Positions 1-11,623 of a stretch of DNA of 64,000 bases are shown here, in pieces. The first letter of the stretch is position 1. Every line of letters starts with the position of its first letter. The DNA comes from Octopus sinensis. Its lineage: Eukaryota. A program made the translations under genes and the position numbers. A model generated the notes under the pieces. That model had not been told where the DNA came from, ran no database searches, and worked only from the letters and a program-made list of their open reading frames with translations. The stretch spans positions 53,878,001 through 53,942,000 of the forward strand of contig NC_042997.1 of NCBI RefSeq assembly GCF_006345805.1, read 5' to 3'.

Positions 1-463
1 CATTAAAGACTTCATTCATACATTTCTATACATATATACTGCATTTATACAGTTACACTTTTTCCATGACAGTAGATAAATTTTTTTTATTCCATAACGT
101 ATTTGTAGTGGCTTCATGCAGGCATAGCGTAGATCCGATCCTCGATTGCCAAATTTCACTAAACACTTCAACAACGCTTTTCTCACGGTAAAACAATAGT
201 TTTTTCTGTGAATGACGGCAGTTATACATTTCCCAGATGCCTTCGCTAAGCAGAATAATGTCTTTGCCACTCGCCAACCTCTCTCACCAACTTGTGGCAA
301 TCTTTCTCGCCAACCTCCAACAATCTCTCCTAGTTCCAGCTGACAGTTTTTTATACTTTTTTGTGACGGAAAATACACCTTTTGTGGCAGTTGTAACGAA
401 ATTGCTTTCTTATATCAGAGTAATAACATCTTTATCCCCGGTAATTACCAGGTACACCAGCCA

Positions 464-501
<38 letters not shown>

Positions 502-512
502 TTATTTTATTT

Positions 513-799
513 ATGCACCCTTTTCAAGCCTAGCCAGGCACATGGCCCGGGTTCCCGGTTTCTGTGGCGTATATGTTCCCTCCAGCTGGACGGGACGCCA
601 GTCCATCGCAGCGTTACTCAAGAAACAGGAAGAAAGAGTGAGAGAAAGTTAGAGCTAAAGAGTACAATAGGGTTACCACCACCCTCTGTCGGAACCTTAT
701 GTGTTTTCGTTCAATAAACACACACAACGCCTGGTCTGGGAATCGAAACCGCGATCCTCCGACCGCGAGTCCGCTGCCCTAACCACTGTGTGCCTCCAC
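513..799 (-). mobile_element. tRNA-derived SINE family C, tail type 1
   Basis: Head gtggaggc..cagtggttagggcagcggactcgcggtcggaggatcgcggtttcgattccc with A and B boxes; tail contains ctgcgatggactggcgtcccgtccag, which resembles the V-SINE domain. Confidence 0.8.
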
Positions 800-810
800 A
801 CACACATACA

Positions 811-902
<92 letters not shown>

Positions 903-923
903 TGTGTGTGTGTGTGTGTGTGT

Positions 924-1125
924 GTGACCTCGTGAGCACCGGAAGCAATTTTTTTTCCTCTGTCTTCCCTTCTCGGGATCTTTCCTTCTCCTTTGTTTCC
1001 GACGAAGAGCTCCGCTCGAAACGTTTAACCCTCCTTCTTCTCTTCTTTCCTGAGCGTCCAATAATACTTTATTTGTTCCACGTCCTCGCGTTGCTTTTTT
1101 TTTGTGTTTTCTTGTTTGGATTAAC
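924..1125 (+). mobile_element. family P1 non-autonomous Penelope-like terminal module with hammerhead-like motif at 994-1030
   Basis: ccgacga-a-gagc-tcc-gctc-gaaac-gtt, then cctgagcg, ending ttggattaac next to TA repeats. Same module at 9276 and 55200. Confidence 0.65.
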
Positions 1126-1161
1126 TTTATATATATTTATTTATTCATTTATTTATTTAAT

Positions 1162-1351
1162 TCTTTTACTCTTTTACCTGTTTCAGTCATTTGACTGCAG
1201 CCATCCTGGAGTACCGCCTGCAGTCGAGCAAATCGTCCCCATGACTCATTCTTTGTAAGGCCTAGTACTTATTCCATCGGTCTCTTTTGCCGAATCGCTA
1301 AGTAACGGAGACATAAACGCACCATCATCGATTGTCAAGCGATGTTGTGGG
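1162..1351 (-). mobile_element. SINE family A, 3' half
   Basis: Matches the 3' half of 43494-43954. Confidence 0.8.
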
Positions 1352-3254
1352 AGATCAGAATTAATTTATAACTGCAGATATGATAAGTTGTACTTTCCAA
1401 TTTCACAAGAACTATTGAGCCACATTTCATACTAACAAAAGAACAACCGGAAGTCAATATATCACCATCTTGTCCGTAAGAGAAAATCGAAAACAAACAA
1501 AAGCATGATCCAAGCTGATAAATAAAAAAAAAAACTGACGATAAGATGTATCTGTTCCAGTATCAGCCCCGTCTGAGGATAGTCAAATGACAGAGGTGTT
1601 AAAAACGGAATGTTGTAAGCTGGGATTATAACCCTATGTATTGTGGTGTGTGTGTGTGTGTCTGTCTGTCTGTCCATCTTTTGTCTTTTTGTCTGTTTGT
1701 CTGTCTTTTTGTCTTTTTGTCTGTCTTTTTGTCTGTCTGTGTGCGTGTGTGTATGTGTGTCTATGTATTGTGAGGATATGCATACACACAAATATACGCA
1801 CAAAAACATAGAACATCATTTGCGAGACCCCAATCTCCAGGATCAAGAGAAACAGAATTTGCAACACACTATTAGTGTCTGGCAATTAAACTATTTACTT
1901 TTCGTCTTCCATTTTATTTATATATTTATTTGATTGTTTATATGTCTGTTGTTCAATGCTGTTGAAACAAATGGTTAAAACTTTGTTAGTTCTCGAAAAG
2001 CTGATCTAATGATTTGGCCTATTATGAGACTTGAAGTCAGCATGGAGAAGTTTAACATATCTTCTCAAGTTATTTTATGTGAAGTATTCGTGATTTTTAA
2101 AATTTTATCTCTTTTACCTAGTTGTGTCAAGAAAATAGGTCGTTATTTTATTCTTATTTATTTATTTATTTATTTGTGCATGTTTTCGTATCTGTGTAAT
2201 TAACTATCTGTTGAAATTGAAAGCATCCAGAAGAGAATTTCTTGTTAGTCGAGACAGGAGCTTTTTAGTATTTTGTTTTCTCTGTAAACCTTAAAGAGAT
2301 GTAGGATTACCAACTAGATTATGAAGTATACAGTATTTTCTCCCTTCCCTTTCATATGAAAAAGACTTTGGCATGTTTCCACGAAGCAGAGCTGATAGAA
2401 ACTATGTCTGGATGATACCAATGTTGAAATAACGTTGAGGCTTCATAACAAAATAGAAATTTGATAATGAAGACGAAGTGTCTGTAAAAGTATATAAACC
2501 GCTGTAGTCTATCGCATGTACTGCTGATAATTTAGAATATTAAAGACTATATTTCACAATAAATTTAATACTTTATTATATTAGTCAGTAGATTTGTTTA
2601 GCTATATCTCTACTTTAAAGTGTAGCAGCCAGGGAAGCTTTATGAAGAATTGTGCATTTGTTGATATAAATGGAGTAACCATATGAAATATTACTTACAT
2701 GTAGAATGATACATCTTCAAGTATTTCAAGTATTTGAACAAACCCCCAACCTTGAGTAATACACACCACAAGAGATAATTCACTAGTCACTCACTTTGAT
2801 TCTCTAGTCTCTATCAAACTACCAAACCCTGGGGAAAACATTCTTCTTTGTAATATAGATCAAAGCAGATCCTTAAGGCTTATCAAAATTATGTAATGAT
2901 AATCCGTCACTCAATGGTTTCAATTCCTCACCTAGTCCTTGGATGGCTTGAGTATGTTCCGCTCTATTGCATTCTAGACAAGTCACCCATCTCAGTATAA
3001 CTTTCTTTTCTCGCCAGTATCAGAAGACTGAAAAAGACCCATGGGCACTTCCATTCTTCTTTTAAAAATAAACAAAATAACAGAATAAAGAGTATATTCT
3101 TTGTCAATGCTATTCTTCATGACACAATTGCAGATATAAAAATAATTATATCCAAAATAAGAATAACTGTGTTAATTAAATAGCCATTAACTGAGTTCAA
3201 TGCAAAACACTAGTATACGAAATGCACACGCGCGCGCACACACATTATACATAC

Positions 3255-3289
<35 letters not shown>

Positions 3290-3368
3290 CATACATATAC
3301 ATACATACACACACATGCATAAGCATATATGTGTGCGTGAGTGTGTGTGTGTGTATATATATATATAT

Positions 3369-3610
3369 AACGGGAAGGTTCACGAAAATAAACAAAAGAC
3401 GAAGGCAGGTGGAATACAAACAAACAAACAAATGTATTAGTATAGCACTCAGGAATAGAAATAGAAAAAGTCTTTTACGTTTCGAGCCTACGCTCTTCGA
3501 CAGAAAAATACACAGAAAAAAACAAGGAGAGAAACAAGGAGAGAGAAAAGGGAGAGAAAAAAAGGAGAGAAAAAAAGGAGAGAAAAAATGCGTGTAGGAG
3601 CTAACGATCT
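3369..3610 (-). mobile_element. family P2 element with hammerhead-like motif at 3471-3508
   Basis: Minus strand ctgtcga-a-gagc-gtag-gctc-gaaac-gta-aaaga; terminus abuts (TA)n; copies at 11470 and 32896. Confidence 0.65.
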
Positions 3611-3732
3611 TTATATATTATGCTTGTGTTTGTGTCGAGTTATAATAAAGATAATTTTAAGATTAAGGGGAAGGATTACTCAATTCTTTCTGTAGAGTAC
3701 ATATTTAATATTCTTTAACAAGAATAATCTTA

Positions 3733-3777
3733 ACAGTGACTCCGAAGTTTCGGCTTGCTTAGCTTTCGTCAGACTGT
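3733..3777 (-). ncRNA. type I hammerhead ribozyme-like motif
   Basis: Minus strand: ACAGU / CUGACGA / a-a-GCU-aagca-AGC-c / GAAA-CUucggAG-UC / ACUGU. Perfect 5-bp stem I, GUC site, near-palindromic helix III. Confidence 0.7.
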
Positions 3778-3869
3778 CCGGTGTTGGGTAAGCAGGTCGA
3801 AACTTGAAAGTCGCTGGCAACACTACTCTTGTTAAAGAATTAGATAAATAGACAGACAGACAGACAGAC

Positions 3870-3960
<91 letters not shown>

Positions 3961-4128
3961 AAGGCAAGTGTGTGTGTGCATATATATATATATATATATA
4001 TTATAATATATATATATATATATATATATTGACTGGTTGAGTGAGTGAGTGAGTGAGAAATTGGATCAACTTGAAACAACTAACTTGTAAACATGTAAAA
4101 CATAAAATAAAACAAATAAAAGTATGAA

Positions 4129-5412
4129 TGGATCCATTCAGTTTCACTCACAGATTAAACATTTTTATAAAACTAAAGTTAGACTAAACTGGTGTAATTT
4201 CTCATGGTGAACACGGTTCACTTTCAACATTTTTGACAAAATTTCATATTATAGAAATTATTTCGTGTTAAAGTTGTCGTATTTGGGTGATTTTAATCAA
4301 TCAACGAAGTGTATTCAGTGGAAGAAAGCTATTGCTGTTTGCGATAGTAATCGAAGAGGAACAACTTCTGGATCATCTCTACTAAATGTCACCAATGTTC
4401 TATTCATATGTCAAGCGAAGGGTAAAGGGAAAGCGTTGCTGCTTGGTCATAGCTGACACAAAAATGAAACTTTCTTCCTTTCTAGTCAGCACCATATATT
4501 CCTTACTCTTTCCCTCTCTACTGGCAGACAGCCACTTCTACACTATCAACTACCAACCAGTGAGCGAACTTGTCACTGCCACTACAATTACTGCTATATC
4601 TCTAACTACATGTCAGGCGAACGAATAAATATATGTAAATAATATTTCTTCCTTCTTGGCGTTGATTCTTTGATGTTTACTGGTTACTCCGATGCGAGAA
4701 CCAAAAGAAAAAAAAACACAAAGTATGTAATATGCAACTCAGACAGTAAACAAACAAAATAGAACAGGGTGGTGACATTTAGTAGAGATGACCCGGAAGT
4801 TGTTCCTCTTCGATTACTATCGCAAACAGTAGTAACTTTCTTCAGCTGAATGTTGAAAATAAACCGTATTCAGTGTGAAAAATTACACATTATACAAAGT
4901 TTCAAAGTGTTTAATTAAAAAAAATAATCAAAAAATCTGTGATCGAAACTGAACATATCCAACATTTTTGACAAAATTTCGTATTTTAGAAATTACTTTG
5001 TATTAAAGCTGTCGTATTTGGGCAATTTTAATCAATCAACGACGTGTATTCAACTGAAGAAAGTTTACTATCGCAAATAGCAGTAGCTTTCTTCAACTGA
5101 ATACACGTCATTGATCGGTTAAAATTACCCAAATACGACAAGATTTAACACGAAATAACTTCTAAAATACGAAATTTTGTCAAAAATGTTGAAAGCGAAC
5201 GGTGTTCCCAATGTGAAATTACACCAGTATACTAAATTTCAAAGTGTAAAAAAATAATAATTAAAAAGTCTGTGAGCGAAACTGAACAGATCCAAAATGT
5301 TGAAAGTGGACCGTGTTCAGTGTGAGAAATTACACCAGTATACGAAGTTTCAAACTGTTTAGTTAAAAAAAAAATAATCAAAACAAACTGTGATCGAAAC
5401 TGAACAGATCCA
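4129..5412. mobile_element. foldback / MITE-like DNA element with long TIRs and reiterated right ends
   Basis: Left end tggatccattcagtttc, right end gaaactgaacagatcca. 4310-4405 is inverted against 4760-4850; internal palindrome 4961-5190; right-end module repeated at about 4850-4960, 5185-5293 and 5294-5412. Confidence 0.75.
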
Positions 5413-6244
5413 TATGGGATAATTGATATAAGTGTTGTATCAACTGGAATGAAGTGTAAATAGTGTTAGAATTCAGTTACAACAACAGCAGGAAAAAAAA
5501 CAAAAAAACAATGCACCTCTCGTTGAGCAAGTCGCACAATCCGTCTATTAATCATCAAGATTCTTCTACAACTGATCAAAACGTCTGTCACAACAGCCAG
5601 CTGCTCTAGTATATTTATTTGTTGATATATTAGAATTTTAGTTCCTCTCAACACAAGCTACATAACTTGTCAGAAATATTTCCTCGGAATCTTTCAAGAT
5701 ATTGAACAGCCAGCCTTACTGTATATTATAGTTAAATCTACCAGAACTCTTTCCACCGCCACCACTGTTACTATAATCATTCCTTGCCCTTTCAATCTCA
5801 CACTTACCGGTCCTCGGTCCGCCATATTAGTATCACTACCTTCACCCTCACTCACTCACTACCACCACTACCACCATCACCATCACCACCACCAACAACA
5901 ACAACAGCAACAACACCAGCAGCGACTTTTTCAGTCTCGTTGCCACCATCGTCAGTTTCAGTGAGACTGCCAATGCGTATGCCAACATTGATAGACAGCT
6001 CGGCCGTGCTTGCCATCAACGAAAACAATTATTGTTCTAGGTCCCGGTGTTATTATACACAGTAGGCAAAGACTGACGGTAGAACGGTATTCTTGATTTT
6101 GTTTGTCTCTGTCGGTATGAGTTTGTGTGAGTGAGGATAAGTGTGTGTGTGTGTGCGTGTGCGTGTGTGTATGTTTGTGTATTTGTATGAATGTATGTAT
6201 TTTAGGATACGTGCGTGTACACAATTATGTGGGAGTAGAAAAAT

Positions 6245-6288
6245 ACACACACAAACACACATACATACATACATACATACATGCATGC

Positions 6289-6367
<79 letters not shown>

Positions 6368-6428
6368 CATACATACACATACAAACATATGTGTTATGTA
6401 TATACACGTATATATATATGTATGTATG

Positions 6429-6498
<70 letters not shown>

Positions 6499-6510
6499 AT
6501 ACATGCATAC

Positions 6511-6543
<33 letters not shown>

Positions 6544-6591
6544 TATAATATACATATACACACACATATATTACAAGATATATATATACTC

Positions 6592-6625
<34 letters not shown>

Positions 6626-6815
6626 GCACACACACACAGACATGAGTGTGTGTATCTATATAGTCAAACATACTTGTATTAACAGCTATATATAAATTCA
6701 AATACATGCATACAGATAGACAGGCCTTTCTACACTTACACACACACCTACACACACACACACCACCTACACACACACTCACACACACACACACACATAT
6801 ACACACTCACACACA
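6245..6815. repeat. compound (CA)/(TACA)/(TA) microsatellite
   Basis: Seen directly. Confidence 0.95.
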
Positions 6816-7174
6816 TACAAATTAGTTCACCTTCTGTCCAGGTGCGCTTGTATTGAATTTTGATATCATTAACAGAACTGAGTGTGTGTCAGATAACAGC
6901 TGCTGGAACTGTTACAAATGGTCGAAACGTCAGAGAATATTCAAGAACAAATGCCGACTTCGTCAGCCCTACGCTATCATCTATCTAGCTAATAGATGGT
7001 GCCTCGAGTTGCCTTCTACTTAGGTCTCAAGTGAAAATTGTTCGTTTAGTCTTTTCACGAATAGAACACTTCGTGAAGAAGCAAATTAGAGAATTGGAAA
7101 TGAAAATAGCGATAGAACGTAAGAAAGGAGGAAGGAAGGAAGGGAAGATATAAAGAACATAAATAGAGCATAAA

Positions 7175-7528
7175 TAGGCGCAGGAGTGGCTGTGTGGTAA
7201 GTAGCTTGCTTACCAGCCACACGGTTCCTGGTTCTGTCCTACTGCGTGGCACCTTGGGCAAGTGTCTTCTACTATAGCCTCGAGCCGACCAAAGCCTTGT
7301 GAGTGGATTTGGCAGACGGAAACTGAAAGAAGCCCGTCGTATATATATATATGTGTGTGTGTGTTTGTGTGTCTGTGTTTGTCCCTCCAACATCGCTTGA
7401 CAACCGATAGAATAAGTACTAGGCTTACAAAGAATAAGTCCTGGGGTTGGTTTGCTCGACTAAAAGGCGGTGCTCCAGCATGGCCGCAGTCAAATGACTG
7501 AAACAAGTGAAAGAGAAAGAGTAAAAGA
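7175..7528 (+). mobile_element. SINE family A (CORE-like, internal microsatellite), with internal deletion
   Basis: aggcgcaggagtggctgtgtgg head, accttgggcaagtgtct CORE-like motif, gagtaaaagag tail; segment between two accgat motifs is missing. Confidence 0.85.
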
Positions 7529-7560
7529 GATAGATAGATAGATAGATAGATAGATTAGAA

Positions 7561-7602
<42 letters not shown>

Positions 7603-7603
<1 letters not shown>

Positions 7604-7912
7604 TGTTTCTTTATTAGCCACAAGGGCTGACACAGACGGACAAATTACAAGTAGAGCTTTTCTTTTGGGGTAAAAAGGGGGTTTGGTTTTCGATCAAAAG
7701 GGATCGTAAAAAGAAAGAGAGAGGACAAAAAGGGGGGTGGCTTAGAAAATAAGGAAAGGAAAAAATCGATCAATAGGATCGTTATCACAGAAATGTCAAT
7801 ATAAAGTGTAAAGGGGAGGACAGGTGAGGTTTACCCGTGGAAAGAAAAGCCTCGGAAAAGACAACGGTAACCTCGGTCAATGAAGTCACAGTTATAGACC
7901 GAGTTACCGTGG
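7603..7912 (-). mobile_element. 3' UTR-only copy of the same Tx1/L1 LINE, inserted in (GATA)n
   Basis: Aligns with 39558-39820 (tttctttatt.gccaca, gtagagcttttcttttgggg, gatcaatagg.atcg, gaaagaaaa.cct, cacggtaacct); (GATA)n on both sides. Confidence 0.75.
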
Positions 7913-7914
7913 TT

Positions 7915-8013
<99 letters not shown>

Positions 8014-8232
8014 GCTTAAGAAGAAAAAGGAATGAGTAAAAAAAATTTAAAGATAATTAAAAAGTGAAATGCCTTAAATCATTTGGTCGTAAAAGACACC
8101 ACATGAAAATTAATTCTTATGTGCAGCATATATACATTCGTCTATACATATACATATCTAGAGTAGATGTATGTATGGGTCATTTGTGTCTGACAACACC
8201 CTTCCCTTTCCAAGCATGGAATGATTTGAACT

Positions 8233-8630
8233 CTCTCTTTACTCTTTTACTTGTTTCAGTCATTTGACAGCGGCCATGCTGGAGCACCGCCTTTAGTCGA
8301 GCAAATCGACCCCGGGACTTATTCTTTGTAAGCCCAGTACTTATTCTATCGGTCTCTTTTGCCGAACCGCTAAGTGACGGGGACGTAAACACACCAGCAT
8401 CGGTTGTCAAGCAATGCTAGGGGGAGAAACACAGACACACAAACATACATACATATATATACATATATACGACAGGCTTCTTTCAGTTTCCATCTACCAA
8501 ATCCACTCACAAGGCATTGGTCGGCCCGGGGCTATAGCAGATGACACTTGCCCAAGATGCCACGCAGTGGGGCTGAACCCGGAACCATGTGGTTGGTAAG
8601 CAAGCTACTTACCACACAGCCACTCCTGCG
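8233..8630 (-). mobile_element. SINE family A, full length
   Basis: Reverse complement of the family A sequence. Confidence 0.85.
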
Positions 8631-9230
8631 AACTGCAAGGTGAAGAACCACTCTTTAATTATAGGAGTCCCGTTAACGCTCCACTCAGGTACTTTCCTTC
8701 ATTGTGTAGCTGATATAGATATATATACATACGTGCATACACACACACACACACGTACACACACATACGCACACGGATACACACACACTCACACACTCAC
8801 ACACAACCACGCGCACACTCACACACACACACACACACCTAGATACACTCGCAGTTGTTATGACGCCGATTATAAATATTACAACTGCGAGTGTATCTAG
8901 GTGTGTATGTGTGCGTGTGTGCATGTGTGTGTGTGTCTGTGTGCGTATGTGTGTGTGTGTACATGTGTGTGTATGCACGTATGTATATGTATCTATAACA
9001 CACAAACACTCACACACACACATATGCATTTATATGTAATGTATATAGGCGCAGCAGTGGCTATGTGGTAAGAAGCTTGCTTACCAACCACATAGTTCCG
9101 GGTTCAGTCTCACTGCATGGCCCCTTGGGTGAGTGTCTTCTGCAATAGCCTCGAGACGACCAAAGCCTTGTCAGTGGATTGGTAGACGGAAACTGAAATA
9201 AGCACCCGTATGTATGTATGTATATATATA

Positions 9231-9275
<45 letters not shown>

Positions 9276-9277
<2 letters not shown>

Positions 9278-10240
9278 TTAATCCAAACGGGAAAACAGAA
9301 AAAAACAACAACACGTGGAACAATTACGTATTATTATTATTAGCGCTCAGGAAAATGGAAGAAGGAGGGTATGACGTTTCGAGCGGAGCTCTTCGTCGGA
9401 GAATAGGAGAAAGAAAGATCCCGAGACGGGAGGACAGAGGAAAAAAAAATTGCAGGTAGTCTTCACGAGGTCACATACTAAAAAGACGGAAGTGGTAAAA
9501 AAGGAGGAAAATGTTTTTTAAAAACAGGAGAGCTGAATCAAAGAGGAATGGTAAAAAAGGTGTGCGAGATGACGAGGGTGTGGTGTGTGAGTGGTGTGCG
9601 TGTGTGTGTATGTGTGTGTATGGTGGACAGTGGCTAGTAGCCGGCTAGTAGAGTAGTAGTAGTAGTAGAATTAAAGGAGTGAGGTGGGGGTACCCTAGCA
9701 AGTCAGAAAGGCAGAATCAGAAAAGGGAGGTAGTGTGTGTGTGCGTGTGTATGTATGTGTGAGTGTGTGCGTGTGCGTGTGTGTATGTGTGTGTGAGGCG
9801 AGATAAAAAAACAAAAAATATGTATATGTTAGTGCGTGCAGGGCGAACGGATGACATAGCAAGTCTCGAGTGAGTGGTCAGTGGTAAAAAAAGGGAGGGA
9901 GGAGGGAAGAAGGGAAGGAGGGAAAGGGTGGGGGCGTATGTAACGTGCCAGTGTGTGTGTTGAGTGGTAGTGTGTGTGTGTCCAGTGTGCGTAGTTGTGT
10001 GTATGGCAAGTAAATTTGAAGTGTGTGTAAGTGTAATGTATATATATATGCAAATGTGAGTGTGTGAGTGGGTGTGTGTATGTGTGTGCGTGTGTGTCAA
10101 AGAGGGGGGGGGTTAAGGAAAAAACTGCAGCGGAGGGGGGGGGGAAGATGGAAGAGTGGTCCCGCGGCGACAGGCGTGGGAGAACCCAAAGACACGCGCC
10201 GGCCCCAGATACGTACAGGAGATCTAGACGGTCACCCACG
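9276..10240 (-). mobile_element. family P1 element (long copy) with hammerhead-like motif at 9369-9405
   Basis: Reverse-strand copy of the 924-1125 module. The 9740-9820 part matches 54993-55070 of the third copy. The right boundary is uncertain. Confidence 0.6.
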
Positions 10241-11460
10241 AGCGTGGTGCATGCATGCGTGTATGCGTGCGCGAACGTGCACAAGCGTGTATGTGCGCGC
10301 GCCTGCGAGTGTATGTGTAAGTATGTATGTGTGTGGATGTGTGAGTGTGTCTGTGTGTAAGTCTGGGTGTCAGTGTGTCCGATGAATGTATGTAAGTATG
10401 TGTGTGTATATGTGTGTATATAGATGTATGTCCGTGTGTGTGTGTGTGTGTATGTGTATGAGTGTGTATGTATGTACGTGTGTGTGTGTGGAAGTGTGTG
10501 TATGTGCATGTGTGTGCGCGTGCATGCAGGTGTGTGAGTGAGTGTGTGTGTGTGTGTATGTGTGAGTGTGTATGTCTGTGTGTGTAGGATACATGTATGT
10601 GTATGGGTGTATGTATGTGTGTGTGTGTGTATGTATGTGTACATGCGTGTGTGTGTGTGTATGCATGTATGCATGTATGCGTATGCATGTGCGTATGTGT
10701 GTGTGTGTGCATGTGTGTAGGTATATATGTATGTGCGTATATGTGTGTGTATGTGCGTACATGTGTGTGAGTATATGCATGTGTGTGTATGTAGGTGTAT
10801 AGGTGTATGTATGTAAGTATGTATGGGTGTGTCCGTGTATGTGTGTGTATGTAGGTGTGTAGGCGTGTGTGTATAGGTGTATGTATGTATGTATGGGTGT
10901 GTCCGTGTGTGTTCGTGTGTGTGTGTATGCATGTGTATGTAGGTGTGTGTGTACGTATGTAATATATGTATGTATGCGTGTGTGTGCGTGTGTATGCGTG
11001 TGTGTGTGTGTGTAGGTGCGTATGTATGTGTGTGGGAGTGTAGGTGTGTGTGTGCGTGTATGTGTGCGTGTGCGTGTATATGTTGGTGTGTGTGTGTGTG
11101 AGTGTGAGTGTATGGGTGTTTGTCATGCATGTGTGTGCGCGTGCAGGCGAGTGTGTGTGTAAGTATGTGTGTGTGTATGTATGTGTGAGTGTATATGTGT
11201 ATGTCTGTGTGTATGTATGTGCGTATAGGAGTATGTAAGTATGTGTGTGTGTATGTGTGTGGGTGTATGTATGTATGTATGTGTGTGTGTGCATGTGTGT
11301 AAGTATATGTGTGTGTGCGTATGTATGTGTATGTGTGTGTGTTTATGTATGTGTGTATGTATGTGTGTAGGCGTGTGTGTATAGGTGTATGTATGTATGG
11401 GTGAGTGTCTGTGAGTGTTTGTGTGTGTGTGTAGGTATGTGTGTATGTATGAGTGAAGGT
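10240..11460. repeat. about 1.2-kb cryptic (GT)/(GTAT) simple-sequence array
   Basis: Seen directly; source of the 433-aa and 356-aa His/Thr ORFs. Confidence 0.95.
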
Positions 11461-11469
11461 ATGGCTGTG

Positions 11470-11623
11470 TAGGAGAGTTTACGAAAAAAAACAAAAGACG
11501 AAGACAGGTGGTGTACAAAACAAACAGATGTATTAGTATAACGCTCAGGAATAGAAAAAGTCTTTTACGTTTCGAGCCTACGCTCTTCTACAGAAAGGGA
11601 CACAGAAAAAAACGAGAGAAAAA
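11470..11623 (-). mobile_element. family P2 element with hammerhead-like motif at 11561-11598
   Basis: Closely similar to 3369-3520; core reads ctgtaga. Confidence 0.65.

Noticed and set aside
16-378. 120-aa ORF with faint Merlin/ISXO2-like transposase resemblance
   Set aside because: Too few conserved residues to call by eye; needs a profile search.
6899-6935. ctgctgga...gtcgaaacgtc degenerate hammerhead
   Set aside because: Two core mismatches and no stem I.
9829-11294. 433-aa and 356-aa His/Thr/Tyr-rich ORFs, and the many YIYI/CVCV/HTHT ORFs throughout
   Set aside because: Translations of di- and tetranucleotide repeats that lack stop codons; no domain content.
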